DNA of 63,879 nt, filler included, from Octopus bimaculoides (lineage: Eukaryota): NCBI RefSeq assembly GCF_001194135.2. It is 6 parts of 5 records of this genome, joined end to end, with 100 filler letters (N's around TTAATTAATTAA, not from the genome) between each part and the next. Parts side by side here need not be neighbours in the genome. Positions count along the whole stretch, not along the records: positions 16,483 to 28,950 come from NC_068988.1; positions 29,051 to 41,876 come from NC_068992.1; 4 more parts are not named here. One strand, written 5' to 3'. This document shows, piece by piece, positions 24,820 through 39,509 of this stretch. The notes below the pieces were generated by a model that ran no database searches, was not told where the DNA came from, and saw nothing but the letters and a program-made list of their open reading frames with translations. Made by a program: the position numbers and the translations under genes. How positions within the stretch are numbered: the first letter of the stretch is position 1; each line of letters starts with the position of its first letter.

Positions 24820-25274
24820 CAACAAACAGATGTATTAGTTTAACGCTCGGCAAGTGAAAACGTCTTTAACGTTTCGAGCCTAAGCTCTTCCACAGAAAGG
24901 AACACAGAAGGAAAGAAGGAGAGAAAAAAATGTGTGTAGCGGTTAGCGACCTATCATGGCGAATGCCGGACAGAGGGGTCACACAGGAGAGCTAGGAACA
25001 AGGGGAGATAATAATGTAGTGGTGATCCCAAAACGAAGGTGCGCGTGTGTGTGTAGAAGAGAGTATGTATGTGCGTGCGGAAGAGGGCTGGTGACCTTGA
25101 CATGTGCGTGTGTGTATGTGTAGGTGTGAAGTTGTGGGGCTGGGAAGTGGTCAGTGTTAGTGTGTGCGTGGTGGTGTGATGTGTTGTGCGGTATGGTGGT
25201 GTATGGCGTATGGTGTGTGGTGTGGTGTGATGGTGTTGAGAGGTGGGGGAGGCGAGAGTGGGGAAAGCAAGGGT
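24820..25274 (-). mobile_element. Second copy of the terminal region of the 5.7-7.3 kb Penelope-like family
   Basis: Colinear with 5680-6110 (gtattagt.taacgct...cacagaaa...gtggtgatcccaaaac...gtggggctgggaagtggtcagtg); ends at an N gap. Confidence 0.7.
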
Positions 25275-26422
25275 NNNNNNNNNNNNNNNNNNNNNNNNNN
25301 NNNNNNNNNNNNNNNNNNNNNNNNNNNNNNNNNNNNNNNNNNNNNNNNNNNNNNNNNNNNNNNNNNNNNNNNNNNNNNNNNNNNNNNNNNNNNNNNNNNN
25401 NNNNNNNNNNNNNNNNNNNNNNNNNNNNNNNNNNNNNNNNNNNNNNNNNNNNNNNNNNNNNNNNNNNNNNNNNNNNNNNNNNNNNNNNNNNNNNNNNNNN
25501 NNNNNNNNNNNNNNNNNNNNNNNNNNNNNNNNNNNNNNNNNNNNNNNNNNNNNNNNNNNNNNNNNNNNNNNNNNNNNNNNNNNNNNNNNNNNNNNNNNNN
25601 NNNNNNNNNNNNNNNNNNNNNNNNNNNNNNNNNNNNNNNNNNNNNNNNNNNNNNNNNNNNNNNNNNNNNNNNNNNNNNNNNNNNNNNNNNNNNNNNNNNN
25701 NNNNNNNNNNNNNNNNNNNNNNNNNNNNNNNNNNNNNNNNNNNNNNNNNNNNNNNNNNNNNNNNNNNNNNNNNNNNNNNNNNNNNNNNNNNNNNNNNNNN
25801 NNNNNNNNNNNNNNNNNNNNNNNNNNNNNNNNNNNNNNNNNNNNNNNNNNNNNNNNNNNNNNNNNNNNNNNNNNNNNNNNNNNNNNNNNNNNNNNNNNNN
25901 NNNNNNNNNNNNNNNNNNNNNNNNNNNNNNNNNNNNNNNNNNNNNNNNNNNNNNNNNNNNNNNNNNNNNNNNNNNNNNNNNNNNNNNNNNNNNNNNNNNN
26001 NNNNNNNNNNNNNNNNNNNNNNNNNNNNNNNNNNNNNNNNNNNNNNNNNNNNNNNNNNNNNNNNNNNNNNNNNNNNNNNNNNNNNNNNNNNNNNNNNNNN
26101 NNNNNNNNNNNNNNNNNNNNNNNNNNNNNNNNNNNNNNNNNNNNNNNNNNNNNNNNNNNNNNNNNNNNNNNNNNNNNNNNNNNNNNNNNNNNNNNNNNNN
26201 NNNNNNNNNNNNNNNNNNNNNNNNNNNNNNNNNNNNNNNAGCGTTGGCGATATGGGTGAATAGGAATTATCTAGCCGAAAGTTGTTCGATATACTTTTAC
26301 GCTCACATTTTCTTTTCCTTCTTTTTTTCTTTTACTCTACCCTGAAATCACAATCTCCTCTCTCATTATACATGCACGCGCTAACACACACACACACACA
26401 CACACACATTCTCTCTTTCTCT

Positions 26423-26461
<39 letters not shown>

Positions 26462-27149
26462 CTCATTTTCCTCTCCGATTCCACAGTCATCCTCAAGATG
26501 TCACATATTCTTGTATTCTTTTATTGTTTCATGCACTCAATGACCAGTAGCCATTCTGTGACATCAACTAACAGGTATCACTTGGTTATATCCCATCTCC
26601 TACTTTTTTGTCTTCTTGACGATGGACCACACACCGAAACGTTAAATTTTTTACTTTCCTTAAAACATAATACTATAATCTTTGTGTTCTTTTTCACTGA
26701 CTTTTTCTCCTGTTTTGTTTTTAGTTTTTCCTCGTTTTTATCGTTTTAACGATCAAATTTTTGCGTAAATCTAGTAATTTTGACGTGAAGATGTGCGGGT
26801 CAGTTACATCGGCCCAAGTCGACCCTGGCGGAATTTAAACTCAGAACGTAAAGAGTCGGAATTGAATATTTAATAATGATATAATAAGATATTTGAATTC
26901 CAAAATTATAAATTTGTAATTGGAAATTAAATGAAAGACAAAAACAAAAAGAAAAGCGGAATAATAACAGAGAGAAATTTACGAAATAAGAGCAGAGTAG
27001 AAAAAAGAGAAAGAAAAAAAAAACGACAGTTTCGCTTCTGGAAGAAAAAAATATGGAGACGCATTGCTTGAAGGAATATACGTTCATTTTCTGTAAATAT
27101 GAGTTTAAAATATTGACGATAATAAGGTTACTAACATAAGCTTTTTCTT

Positions 27150-27310
27150 CCTTTCCTTCTTCTTCTTCTTCTTCTTCTTCTTCTTCTAATTATTATTATC
27201 ATTATTATTATCATTATTATTATCTTTATAATAATTATTATTATTATTATTATCATTATTATCATCATCATCATCATCATCATTATTATCATTATTATGA
27301 TTATTATTAA

Positions 27311-27352
<42 letters not shown>

Positions 27353-27384
27353 NNNNNNNNNNTCATTATTATGATTATTATTAA

Positions 27385-27429
<45 letters not shown>

Positions 27430-27770
27430 GTATAGATATTCTTCACTTGATATTCTGCCCTCCGCCATTGTAATCGACGCTCTTTCCCTCCTCCTCCCGC
27501 TCTTCTTCCTCCTTCCGCCACCTTATACCCCTCATTCTCCTCCTCCTCCTCCTCATCATTAATCAACATATTTTCTTCTGCATACACATCTCTTTCGTCA
27601 TCAACAGCAACATTAGCATCATTATCATCTTCATCATCGTCACATGATAACCACCACCACCAACAACAACAACAACAGCAACAACAACACAAGCACCATC
27701 GCCACCAGCATTATCACTGTTACTACCAACATCATCAGCAGCAGCATCAACATTTTATTTTATTCTATAT

Positions 27771-27804
<34 letters not shown>

Positions 27805-27932
27805 CCATCATCATCACTATAACTGTATTTCTATTCTTTTTGTGTCGACAGAATTCGCTGCTGAATTTTTCCAGCCTCCATCGCCTCCTCATGACCACCA
27901 ACATCCCCACCATCATCACCACCTCCACCACC

Positions 27933-27993
<61 letters not shown>

Positions 27994-28002
27994 TTACTAC
28001 TA

Positions 28003-28037
<35 letters not shown>

Positions 28038-28176
28038 ACTGTTGCTGCTTCTGCCACAACAACAACAACTACTACTACTGCTGCTGCCACTACCGTTGCT
28101 ATTACTACTACTACTACTACTGTTACTACTGTTACTACTACTGCTGCTGCTGTTGCTGCTACTGTTTCTGCTGCTG

Positions 28177-28218
<42 letters not shown>

Positions 28219-28220
28219 AT
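27150..28220. repeat. Compound trinucleotide arrays (ATT, CAT, CAC, ACT, GCT)
   Basis: Directly visible. Confidence 0.95.
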
Positions 28221-29081
28221 GAGCAAACTAACTAGATACCCGTCAGGCCCCCAGTCGTCTCAGTGTTTCCTACACCTGAGTCAACTAATGTTCTCTCGAG
28301 CACCTTGCTATGTCGTCATTTTTAACTAGAAGCAAAAAAGAAAAAAAAACAACTAAAAATACAGCAACAACAGTAATAATAATATCATCAACAGCAGCAA
28401 AATGAATTTCCTGTTACACAAAGGAATTTGCCTCCTCGCTTTGTCAGCAAATATATAAACACAAAAGGTGTAGGATGGATTCGCTGCCTTGTGTTGTTTT
28501 TGTGGTTGCTTTTGTCCCTCATTATAATTGGTGCTTGTGGAGGCACATGGCTTGGTGGTTAGAGCAGCAGACTCGTTGTCTAGGAATCACGTGTTCGAAT
28601 CTCAGACGGGTCGATGAGTGTATTCATGAGCGAAACAGCCTAGGCTCCACGCGACTCCAGCAGAAGGTAATGGCGAACTTCTGCTGACTCTTTCGCCACA
28701 ACTTTTCTCTCACTCTTTCATCCTGCATCTAACACCTCACCTGCGACGGACCGGCGTCCCGTCCAGATGGGGAACTTATACGCCAACGAAACCGGGAAAC
28801 CGGCCCTTATGAGCCAAGCATGGCTCGAGAAGGAACAAACATAATTGGTGTTTGAATTATTATTATTATTATTGTTATTGTTGTTGTTATTGTTGTTTTT
28901 ATTATTATTTAAAACAGAAACACGTATCATAATTCAGATTCTCATGCAAGNNNNNNNNNNNNNNNNNNNNNNNNNNNNNNNNNNNNNNNNNNNNTTAATT
29001 AATTAANNNNNNNNNNNNNNNNNNNNNNNNNNNNNNNNNNNNNNNNNNNNGTGAAAATTACATAAATATATACAAAATTAT

Positions 29082-29233
29082 CCGCAAACTAGTTTCGAAA
29101 TTAACATTTTCTTACCGAAAATATCTGTTTCTCATTCGTGGGGGACAACTAGTATACGATTCTGAGAATTATATTTATTTAACGGTCCGTACTGATGAAA
29201 AACAGATATTTTCGGTAAGAAAATGTTAATTTC
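29082..29233. repeat. 39-bp inverted repeat built from two partial hammerheads
   Basis: Arms 29097-29135 and 29195-29233 differ at 1 of 39 positions; the right arm is preceded by ccgtaCTG and the left arm (minus strand) is followed by GAAAC TA GTT TGCGG. Confidence 0.75.
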
Positions 29234-29294
29234 TATTTGCCTTAATTTCTCTATCTGTGTGTTACTATTATTATTATTATTATTATTATTGTTG

Positions 29295-29367
<73 letters not shown>

Positions 29368-29868
29368 CATTGCTGTTTTCTATTGTATTTCAACACGTGT
29401 GTTTGTGTATTTGTATCTATGCGTGACAGTAGGTATACATTTTCATCTATCCGGGCGGATACTGTGGTTGCTCTCAATTATGTTCCAGGTTACGGCTAAC
29501 CGCATCGTCTAGCATTTAACGTCAATGACTACTATTAGTTGTCACTCATGCTGTAAACTCCTCCGATTGGTGATTCAGTGTTCACTTCATTAGATGATAA
29601 TATTATATGGTGTATATATTACCTACAATAATTATATAGGTAGAGAATATGGAGGAACCTAGCTGGTTGAAACACCCCGAACGAAGCTGCACAGAAAATT
29701 ATTCCCAGATGCATGTGTAACTACCCATAATCTGTGCAGTGGAAACACGTGTAGTTCACCATAACCATAAAAATATGCTGTATGACATAATGTAAGTTGA
29801 AAGGAAATAAAATTTTAGGATGTACCAGTTTCCATATTTTCTACCATCACAAATATTACACACACTCA

Positions 29869-29970
<102 letters not shown>

Positions 29971-31570
29971 GAGAGAGAGAGAGGGATGGAGAATGTATGT
30001 ATAAGTAATAGATAGAGAGGCTCTCTCTCATTCTTTACCGCACTCCCCCATACAGTATGTTCTGTAGCAGAAGATTTTGTACGAAGTATGAACATTATTA
30101 TTGTACGAAGTAAGAGCATATATTTCCCTTATATTGCGTGTCAAATATTTAATCTACCCATCAAATTCTTCCTCTTATAGACCCCATGTCTGAACAGCAA
30201 CTAATTCATAATTTATGTATTTCGTAACTTTTGTGAAAATATCTGTTAAATATGATCTACGTTTGTTTCTTATTAAATACGCACATATTTACACACAGAC
30301 ACAGACACAGACACACAGACACACACACGCACACACACACAAACACACATACACATATACATATGTATATATGTATATATATGTATATATATGTATATAT
30401 ATATACAAACACACATACACATATACATATATATATATGTATATATATGTATATATATNNNNNNNNNNNNNNNNNNNNNNNNNNNNNNNNNNNNNNNNNN
30501 NNNNNNNNNNNNNNNNNNNNNNNNNNNNNNNNNNNNNNNNNNTATATATATATATATATATATATATATCACATGGTTCAAATTTACAGAAAATAAAAGA
30601 CGAAGATAGGTGAGGAAACATCATCCAAGTGTATTAGTTTAACGCTTGGGAAGAATGGATACGTCTTTGACGTTTCGAACCAAGTCATCTTGACAGAAAG
30701 GGATAACAAAGGAAAAATGGAGAGCACAAGAAAGCGCAGCCCTCAGTTTTGGTCTACCAAATTCCCTCTCATGATATTAGTGGTCTGGGGTTGTAGTAGA
30801 AGAAACTTAAGACACTTGTCGAAGTTGCTAAGTGATGGGGCTGTAATCGAATCCATTTGGTTGTGAGGCGAAACTTTTAATCACACAGCCACGACTGCAT
30901 TTATGAAGACGTATTTTTTAAAAAAAAAACAAAGCAAACCATTAATTTTAGTTGAATTGGAAAATATAAAAACGAGAAATGGTGAAGTAAAGCAATGAAG
31001 TACAACTTGCAATATAAGCGAACAGACGACAAACACGAACAACGCGGTGTACTCAACAGACCAACAGACCAACAGACCAACAGAAATGAAATAACAGTAA
31101 ATAAAGGGTAATGAACTCCAAACCTAACACTAACAATAATAAGGTAAGAAATATGAGCGCAAGCATAAGTGAATACATGCACTAAGATAGAATATGCGAT
31201 ATAAGAAATGAAAGGAAAATGTTAAGAGAGGAAAATTATACCAATCAATGACGATCGATCTGTAAAATATCATATAACGGATAAAACTGTTCCCTAATCA
31301 AACAAGCTATTGATTACTGTTTTAGAAATGTTTAGAAAATAAATAAAATGAAACACAACTTCGAAGCAAACAATGTGCACCTACTTTAAAGTATTAGTAG
31401 TATTAGTAGTAGTAGTATTAGTAGTAGTAGTATTAGTAGTAGTAGTATTAGTAGTAGTAGTATTAGTAGTAGTAGTATTAGTAGTAGTAGTAAGCAACAA
31501 TAGTAGTAGTTGTTGTTGTTGCTGTAGCGGTAGCAGTGGCAGTAGCGGTAGTAGTAGCAGACTTTTACTA

Positions 31571-31625
<55 letters not shown>

Positions 31626-31629
31626 CAAT

Positions 31630-31850
31630 TAAGGCGGCGAGATGTCAGAATCATTAGTATACTGGGCGAAATGTTTAGCGGTATTTTGTCTGCCGCTACG
31701 TTCTCAGTTTAAATTCCGCCGAAACTGACTTTGCCTTTCATCCTTCGGGGTTGATAAATGAAGTATTAGTCAAGTACTGGGGTCAATATCTTTGACTATC
31801 CCCCTCCCCCAAAATTTCAGTCCTTGTGCCTTTAGTAGAAAGGATTATTA
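31630..31850 (+). mobile_element. tRNA-derived SINE family B (other copies: 26800-26870 -, 39061-39255 +, 45990-46190 -, 50272-50340 -, 50527-50740 +, 50760-50850 +, 51582-51778 +, 54655-54783 +, 55345-55560 +, 61930-62060 +)
   Basis: Repeated consensus ggcggcgagctggcagaa...gaaatgcttagcggtatttcgtc...gagttcaaattccgccgaggtcgactttgcctttcatcctttcggggtcgataaa...gcactggggtcgatgtaatcg. Confidence 0.85.
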
Positions 31851-32459
31851 TTATTATTGTTCAGTAGTTTTATTTTTATAACGTGCTTTCACTTCACTAC
31901 CGAGCGCACCTCTGTGTGCCTTGGGTATGTGCTGTGGTTTGCTGTGGTGCTCTTATGGTTACTGTATTGAAAGTGTTTAGCGTAGGATGTGTGCAGTGCC
32001 CAGTAGTGCAATTTTCTGTATGTTATATATATTTGTAAGTCCTGGTGTTTTTGTTATGTACTTGTCTGAATATTTTTTTATTATACCAAAGGCACCTACT
32101 ATGATANNNNNNNNNNNNNNNNNNNNNNNNNNNNNNNNNNNNNNNNNNNNNNNNNNNNNNNNNNNNNNNNNNNNNNNNNNNNNNNNNNNNNNNNNNNNNN
32201 NNNNNNNNNNNNNNNNNNNNNNNNNNNNNNNNNNNNNNNNNNNNNNNNNNNNNNNNNNNNNNNNNNNNNNNNNNNNNNNNNNNNNNNNNNNNNNNNNNNN
32301 NNNNNNNNNNNNNNNNNNNNNNNNNNNNNNNNNNNNNNNNNNNNNNNNNNNNNNNNNNNNNNNNNNNNNNNNNNNNNNNNNNNNNNNNNNNNNNNNNNNN
32401 NNNNNNNNNNNNNNNNNNNNNNNNNNNNNNNNNNNNNNNNNNNNNNNNNNNNNNNNNNN

Positions 32460-32496
<37 letters not shown>

Positions 32497-32639
32497 CATT
32501 GCTGTTTTCTATTATATTTCAACACGTGTGTTTGTTGTATTTGTATCTATGCGTGACAGTAGGTATACATTCTCATCTATGGTATTTCAAATTATTAACA
32601 GTCATTCTATTCTATTTCATATTTTATGGAAACCATTTG

Positions 32640-33330
32640 TCTGTCTGTCTCTCTCTTTCTCTGTCCCTGTATCTGTCTGTCTGTCTGTGTGTCTCTCACT
32701 CACTCACTCACTCACTCACTCACTCACTCACTCACCCACTCAAACTCTCTCTCTCACTCTCACTGTCTGTCTCTCTCTCTCTCACTCTCACTGTCTGTCT
32801 CTCTCTCTCTCACTCTCACTGTCTCTCTCTTTCTCACTGTCTCTCTCACTGTCTCTCTCACTGTCTCTCTCACTGTCTCTCTCTCTCACACTCTCTCTCA
32901 CACTCTCTATCTGTCTCTCTTACACACTCTCTCTCTCACTCTCTCTCTCACTCTCTCTCTCACTCTCTCTCTCACTCTCTCCCTCACTCTCTCTCTCACT
33001 CTCTCTCTCACTCTCTCTCTCACTCTCTCTCTCTCACTCTCTCTCTCACTCTCTCTCTCACTCTCTCTTTCTCACTCTCTCTCACACACACTGACTCACT
33101 CACTCTCTCTCTCTCTATCTCTCTGTCTCTCTCACTCACTCTCTGTCTCTCTCACTCACTCTCTGTCTCTCACTCTCTTTTTCTGTCTCTCTCTCTCTCT
33201 GTCTCTCTCTCACTCACTCACTTTCTCTCTCTGTCTCTCTTTCACTCTCTCTCCCTCACTCACGCACTCACTCACTCACTCACTCACTCACTCTCTCACT
33301 CTTTCTCTCTCTCCCTCCCTCTCTCTCTAC
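32640..33330. repeat. (CT)n/(CTCA)n compound array
   Basis: Directly visible. Confidence 0.95.
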
Positions 33331-34104
33331 TTCATCGTATGTTGGATTACCCCGATAATCAGCTACTTTGAATTTCGATGCATCTCATATTTTGACAATT
33401 TTCTTCGTTTCTTTATCGATGTTGCTATCTGTATTTCAGTTAATAGACATGGTTCATCATTTGTTGGTTAATCTATTCCTAACTTTTTATCTTTTACAAT
33501 GCTTCGTTATTCATTTCCTTATCTAACATTCCTTCTTTACAAGATGTTGCGAAATATTTTATTAACAGACGTTACAGCCTTTTGTTACATTGAGGCTGGG
33601 AGAAACTCTAAGTCTGCTTTATTTGTAATCTTTATTATTTATCTGGTATCAAATACGCTATTCGAACTATCTATATTCTCTCCTCACTATTCACTACATT
33701 CATTTAGATTTATTTATGTATTTCTATGAGATATTTTATGTTTTCTGACTTCTGTTTATCATCGTTTCTATGTATATAGAATTTTTCTGCTTTACATTGT
33801 ATGCATTGTTTTTTCGGTGCAAGTATTTGTAGCTCCAACTATAGAGTCTATCATTTTATCCCTTTATTGATTTCAACTACTGGACTGCAGCCATGCAAAA
33901 GTGCCACTTCTAGTATTTATTTCAGAGTAGCAGATACTCTGTCGATTTATGTTTATGGAATGGCTTAGTTCTGGAATCGTTGTTTTGATTTGTGACACGA
34001 TACCAAATTTTACATAAACTCACATAAGACGTACATACAATCACACACAAACAGACACACGCGCGTGCACACGCGTACGCCCATGCACACATACATACAA
34101 ACAC

Positions 34105-34161
<57 letters not shown>

Positions 34162-35314
34162 CACACACGCTCACACACACATATTCATATACATTCATGT
34201 ATGAATTCAATATAAACTTGATATAGTGAGGTACTTCAAAGTTTCACCAGACGAATTGCATAATAATATCAAAGCAATCCTATATGTTCAATGTATTCAA
34301 AGAATTGACATACGCAGTTTTTCAATTCAATTTCCACCTGCTATCTACAAGTCAGTTACTCTGTTCTAAAATTTTTCTTTGGTACCAGTAGCGCCAATTC
34401 CGAAGATTCACTATTTGTTGATATCACTTATTGCATTTAATATTGACGTCAAACGGGTTTTTACCAGGTCTAAACCTTATCTCCGAGTTCCCTTAGAACA
34501 CTCTACACTGCTTCATTGTTTGGATCTATTCCACTGTTTGAGAATAGCTTTATCGTAAGTTGCGATGCTCCTTTGTACCATAACCCTTCGATCATAGTTA
34601 ATCCATTCTATAAGTCTCAGAGGCCCTTCAGAAGGTCGTGCGAAATGTATCACTTCTCTATTGACTATGCTATAAAACAATTGCAGTGGATGTGTATGCA
34701 TTCAGTATACACTTGATATAGGGAGCTACTTCAAAGTTTCACCAGATGAATTGCATAATAATACTATGAAAGCAATTCTATACCCTTCTGTTTATTCTGC
34801 GTAATTGTTTTTCATTTTTGTATTTGGTTGGAAAATTCTTGATATATAATTGGGTGTTGAAGCAGCTTTTGTTGTATCTGTGGAGGGCCATTATGCCAAA
34901 ACAGACAGACCCACACATACACACACAATGGTTCTCTATCACTTTTTTTATTATCACTCAACTACTAAACCATTTAACCAATTAACTAATCATTCGGTCT
35001 ATCAATCAATCAAGCTAGGGCCCTTACCTGCCCATCAGAGAAAATAGTTATAACCCTATCAGGTTAGTAAACATACACTGGTATATATATGAGTTCTTGG
35101 TGTGCATCTTTGTGAGTATGTGTCTATATGCTTTGTATACACGTGTGTGAAGTATAATATGTTGGTAGATAAATTCCTGATTTCCTAGACTTATTGGAAT
35201 GGTTGATGAAGAGAATCCTAAAATAGTAACACTATCTCTTCCATTCCCCAAACAAATAAACTGACGACTTGAATGCCCTTTTACATGCACGCATATGCAC
35301 CAACATACACCAAT

Positions 35315-35386
<72 letters not shown>

Positions 35387-36288
35387 CATGCAGTCCATTC
35401 ATAAAGACAAAGACACCGACCATAGAATAAATAAATAAACATTTAAGTTCTCACACTTTCCACAGAATCTACATTATACACATACACGGGGACGCGCACG
35501 CACACATACGCACACACTCACAGAACTCACACCTTACGCACACATACACACATTCTTCCTTTCTCATATTTTCATTCACATCTCCATAATTATGAATGCA
35601 GAATCTGAAAAGTAGGAGAATTCGTCTCGTAGTAAAGGCGACAATTCCTTGATGAGACCACAAAAGCGATGATAGAACTCTGACAAAACTCGCTGATGGA
35701 TTGATTTGCTGGACAGTTAATCAGATAATTTAAATGCGTAAATGTACATCATACACCTACACTTTTAAAAGTGCAGTCTTTGCTGATACAAGTACAAGGA
35801 AGAATAAATGGTAAACTACATTTTGTTACCCTGTCTCCTAAGCGATTATTTTGATCAGGTTTTAGAATTAAAATAACAGAATATAGAGTTTTCTCAGAAG
35901 CAGAGCCGAATTCATGAAACGGTTTTGAACTTCCGAGTCTGAATCCATTATTCGAATAAGCTGTTCTATATAACTGTCAATTCATTGGTAGTTCCATAGC
36001 AAAGAAGTTAATATGTTTTTGCTTGTGTCTGAGACAGTATACTGCAGAATATAATTTTTTTTTTTTCCCCTTTCAATTACAAAATATTCTAGATTTAATT
36101 ATAAAGACTGCGGTTATAATGATTTCATCACTCGTATATACAACTATATCAATATATTTGAACATTATCAGTACAAGGCGTTTAGAAACTTCTTAAATAT
36201 ATTTCTATATTATTTTGTTATGAAGGAGTGAAGATTTTGGGAAAGACTGGAAATTTTTTTGTCATAGTTTGTTAGTTATGAAGAGAAG

Positions 36289-36379
<91 letters not shown>

Positions 36380-37871
36380 GCGGTAAAAGTGGTGAATGGT
36401 GGTTTCAAATAATTCTATGAGATAGACCTTAATCGATGACATCCAAAATATAACCATTTTAAATGCATTACAATATTAAGATGATGTTAAATAAAGTTTA
36501 AATTCTCACAGCTCCCATAACTTTGGTTCACTGCATCATGGAAGAAGATTAAGGTGAAATAAATACCCACGCCACCTATTTCTCATTTAATTAATTCTTT
36601 GGTGGGTGTTTTGTCCTTTTGTTCTTCGTCAACTCTGAAAAAGCAGATTTGCACAGTGTTCATACCATCTTAGACATGGCCTATTTAGAACTACATTATC
36701 CAAAGCGCACTGTCTTGTTTTAAGATAATAGAGTACGATTTGGGTTATTTTCAGCTGTTATTTCTAAGGGGTCAAGCAACCAATTATAGACTCTCTAAGG
36801 CCTGCATATATCCTTCTTGTTGTTTTACCCCAGGTCATCGCTTTTGGAGATCTATGATGAAAAAGGTTACCGCCACGAACACACCATTTTTTTTATTCTT
36901 CAAACATAAAACACAATATGACCTATTTTTAAGTCTGTAGAGTGTTTGCTCAAAACAGTCTGCTCCTCTAAACCATATATCTTTGCCAAAGAGAACAGCG
37001 ATGAGATATAATGTACGAATTTTCCGCCATTTTTTATCATTAAACTAGCATTTTTTCACCTCATAACTCCACAACTATCGGAACGAATGCAAACCTAATG
37101 TGTTCTAGTAGAGTTTTATTGTATGGTTGCATACATCAATATCTCAGTTAGTCTATGGTCTAAGTTCAAACTAACTCAGAATCGTCTTTGTTTTTCATTG
37201 ATTTCATGATCGATAAAATAAAGATACAACAATAATATACTTTGTAAATTTAATCAATATTTGTACGCTACAGCCGATTTAAACGATTACACAGAATAAA
37301 TAGCAGCCTCGTGGCTTGTTAACTATGCTGAGATAAATAGCAGCCTGGCAGCTTATTAACTATGATGAAAATTTTCCAAGTCACCCCGCCCGTTTCCTGC
37401 CGTGATTCTGTTACAAAATGAAAATGAACGATAGAGGAAAAGACGAGTTTTCTCCCTTTACTTCCTGACTTCCTTTAAAATAATATATGTTATCTTTCGT
37501 TCCATGGCGCTTGAAAAGTATGGAAATACATTTTAAATAACTGGCAACACAGTACACGATTGGAACAGTTAAATTTAGAAGTGCCATTAAGAGTTCTGCT
37601 AGATACTATATATATATAGTGTGTGTGTATCTGTGTGCATGAATATATGTATGGGTGTGCGCGCGTGTGTGAGTGTACATATATGTATGTATCTATATGT
37701 ACATACATTCATTCGTGCACGCATATATACATATATTGTGGTCGAACGGGTTAAATGTTACGAACCAAACAAACTTTATTGATTTTGGAAGACTCAATTA
37801 ATCTGAGCGATAAAACTGTTAAGACCAAAGATGAAACTAATTTTACTGGCAATTTCTGGACATAAACAGGC

Positions 37872-37913
<42 letters not shown>

Positions 37914-37960
37914 CATTATTTACTATCATATTCATCATCATTATTTTTATTATCATTGTT

Positions 37961-38010
<50 letters not shown>

Positions 38011-38024
38011 ATTCATCATCATCA

Positions 38025-38076
<52 letters not shown>

Positions 38077-39281
38077 CATTATTATTTGGCCGTTGAGTTT
38101 TATGCGCTTCTCTCTTCTGATGCTAACTTCAAAAGCAGTTATATTCAGTTATAATCTGCGCATGAACAATCAAAGCTGAACNNNNNNNNNNNNNNNNNNN
38201 NNNNNNNNNNNNNNNNNNNNNNNNNNNNNNNNNNNNNNNNNNNNNNNNNNNNNNNNNNNNNNNNNNNNNNNNNNNNNNNNNNNNNNNNNNNNNNNNNNNN
38301 NNNNNNNNNNNNNNNNNNNNNNNNNNNNNNNNNNNNNNNNNNNNNNNNNNNNNNNNNNNNNNNNNNNNNNNNNNNNNNNNNNNNNNNNNNNNNNNNNNNN
38401 NNNNNNNNNNNNNNNNNNNNNNNNNNNNNNNNNNNNNNNNNNNNNNNNNNNNNNNNNNNNNNNNNNNNNNNNNNNNNNNNNNNNNNNNNNNNNNNNNNNN
38501 NNNNNNNNNNNNNNNNNNNNNNNNNNNNNNNNNNNNNNNNNNNNNNNNNNNNNNNNNNNNNNNNNNNNNNNNNNNNNNNNNNNNNNNNNNNNNNNNNNNN
38601 NNNNNNNNNNNNNNNNNNNNNNNNNNNNNNNNNNNNNNNNNNNNNNNNNNNNNNNNNNNNNNNNNNNNNNNNNNNNNNNNNNNNNNNNNNNNNNNNNNNN
38701 NNNNNNNNNNNNNNNNNNNNNNNNNNNNNNNNNNNNNNNNNNNNNNNNNNNNNNNNNNNNNNNNNNNNNNNNNNNNNNNNNNNNNNNNNNNNNNNNNNNN
38801 NNNNNNNNNNNNNNNNNNNNNNNNNNNNNNNNNNNNNNNNNNNNNNNNNNNNNNNNNNNNNNNNNNNNNNNNNNNNNNNNNNNNNNNNNNNNNNNNNNNN
38901 NNNNNNNNNNNNNNNNNNNNNNNNNNNNNNNNNNNNNNNNNNNNNNNNNNNNNNNNNNNNNNNNNNNNNNNNNNNNNNNNNNNNNNNNNNNNNNNNNNNN
39001 NNNNNNNNNNNNNNNNNNNNNNNNNNNNNNNNNNNNNNNNNNNNNNNNNNNNNNNNNNNNATGCTTAGCGGTATTTCGTCTGCCGTTACATTCTGAGTTC
39101 AAATTCCACCGAGGTCGACTTTGTCTTTCATCCTTTCGGTGTCAATAAATTAAGTACCAGTTGCGCACTGGGGTCGATGTAATCAACTTAAACCTTTATC
39201 TGCCCTTGTTTGTCCCCTCTATGTTTAGCCCCTTGTGGACAATAAAGAAATACGAAACTGAAGGAATCCCGTCGTATATAT

Positions 39282-39313
<32 letters not shown>

Positions 39314-39509
39314 ATATGTTTGTTCCCAACATCATTTGACAATCGATGCTGGTGTGTTTACGTCAACGTAACTTAGCGGTTCGCCAAAAGACCCATAGAA
39401 TAAGTAGTAGGCTGACAAAGAATAAGTCCTGGGATCGATTTGCTCGAATAAAGGTGGTGCTCCAGCCTGGTCGCACTCAAATGACTGAAAAAAGTAAAAG
39501 AATAAAATT

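Noticed and set aside
26615-26650. Hammerhead-like TTGACGA...GAAACGTT
   Set aside because: C3 is missing and helices I and II are poorly paired; at most a remnant
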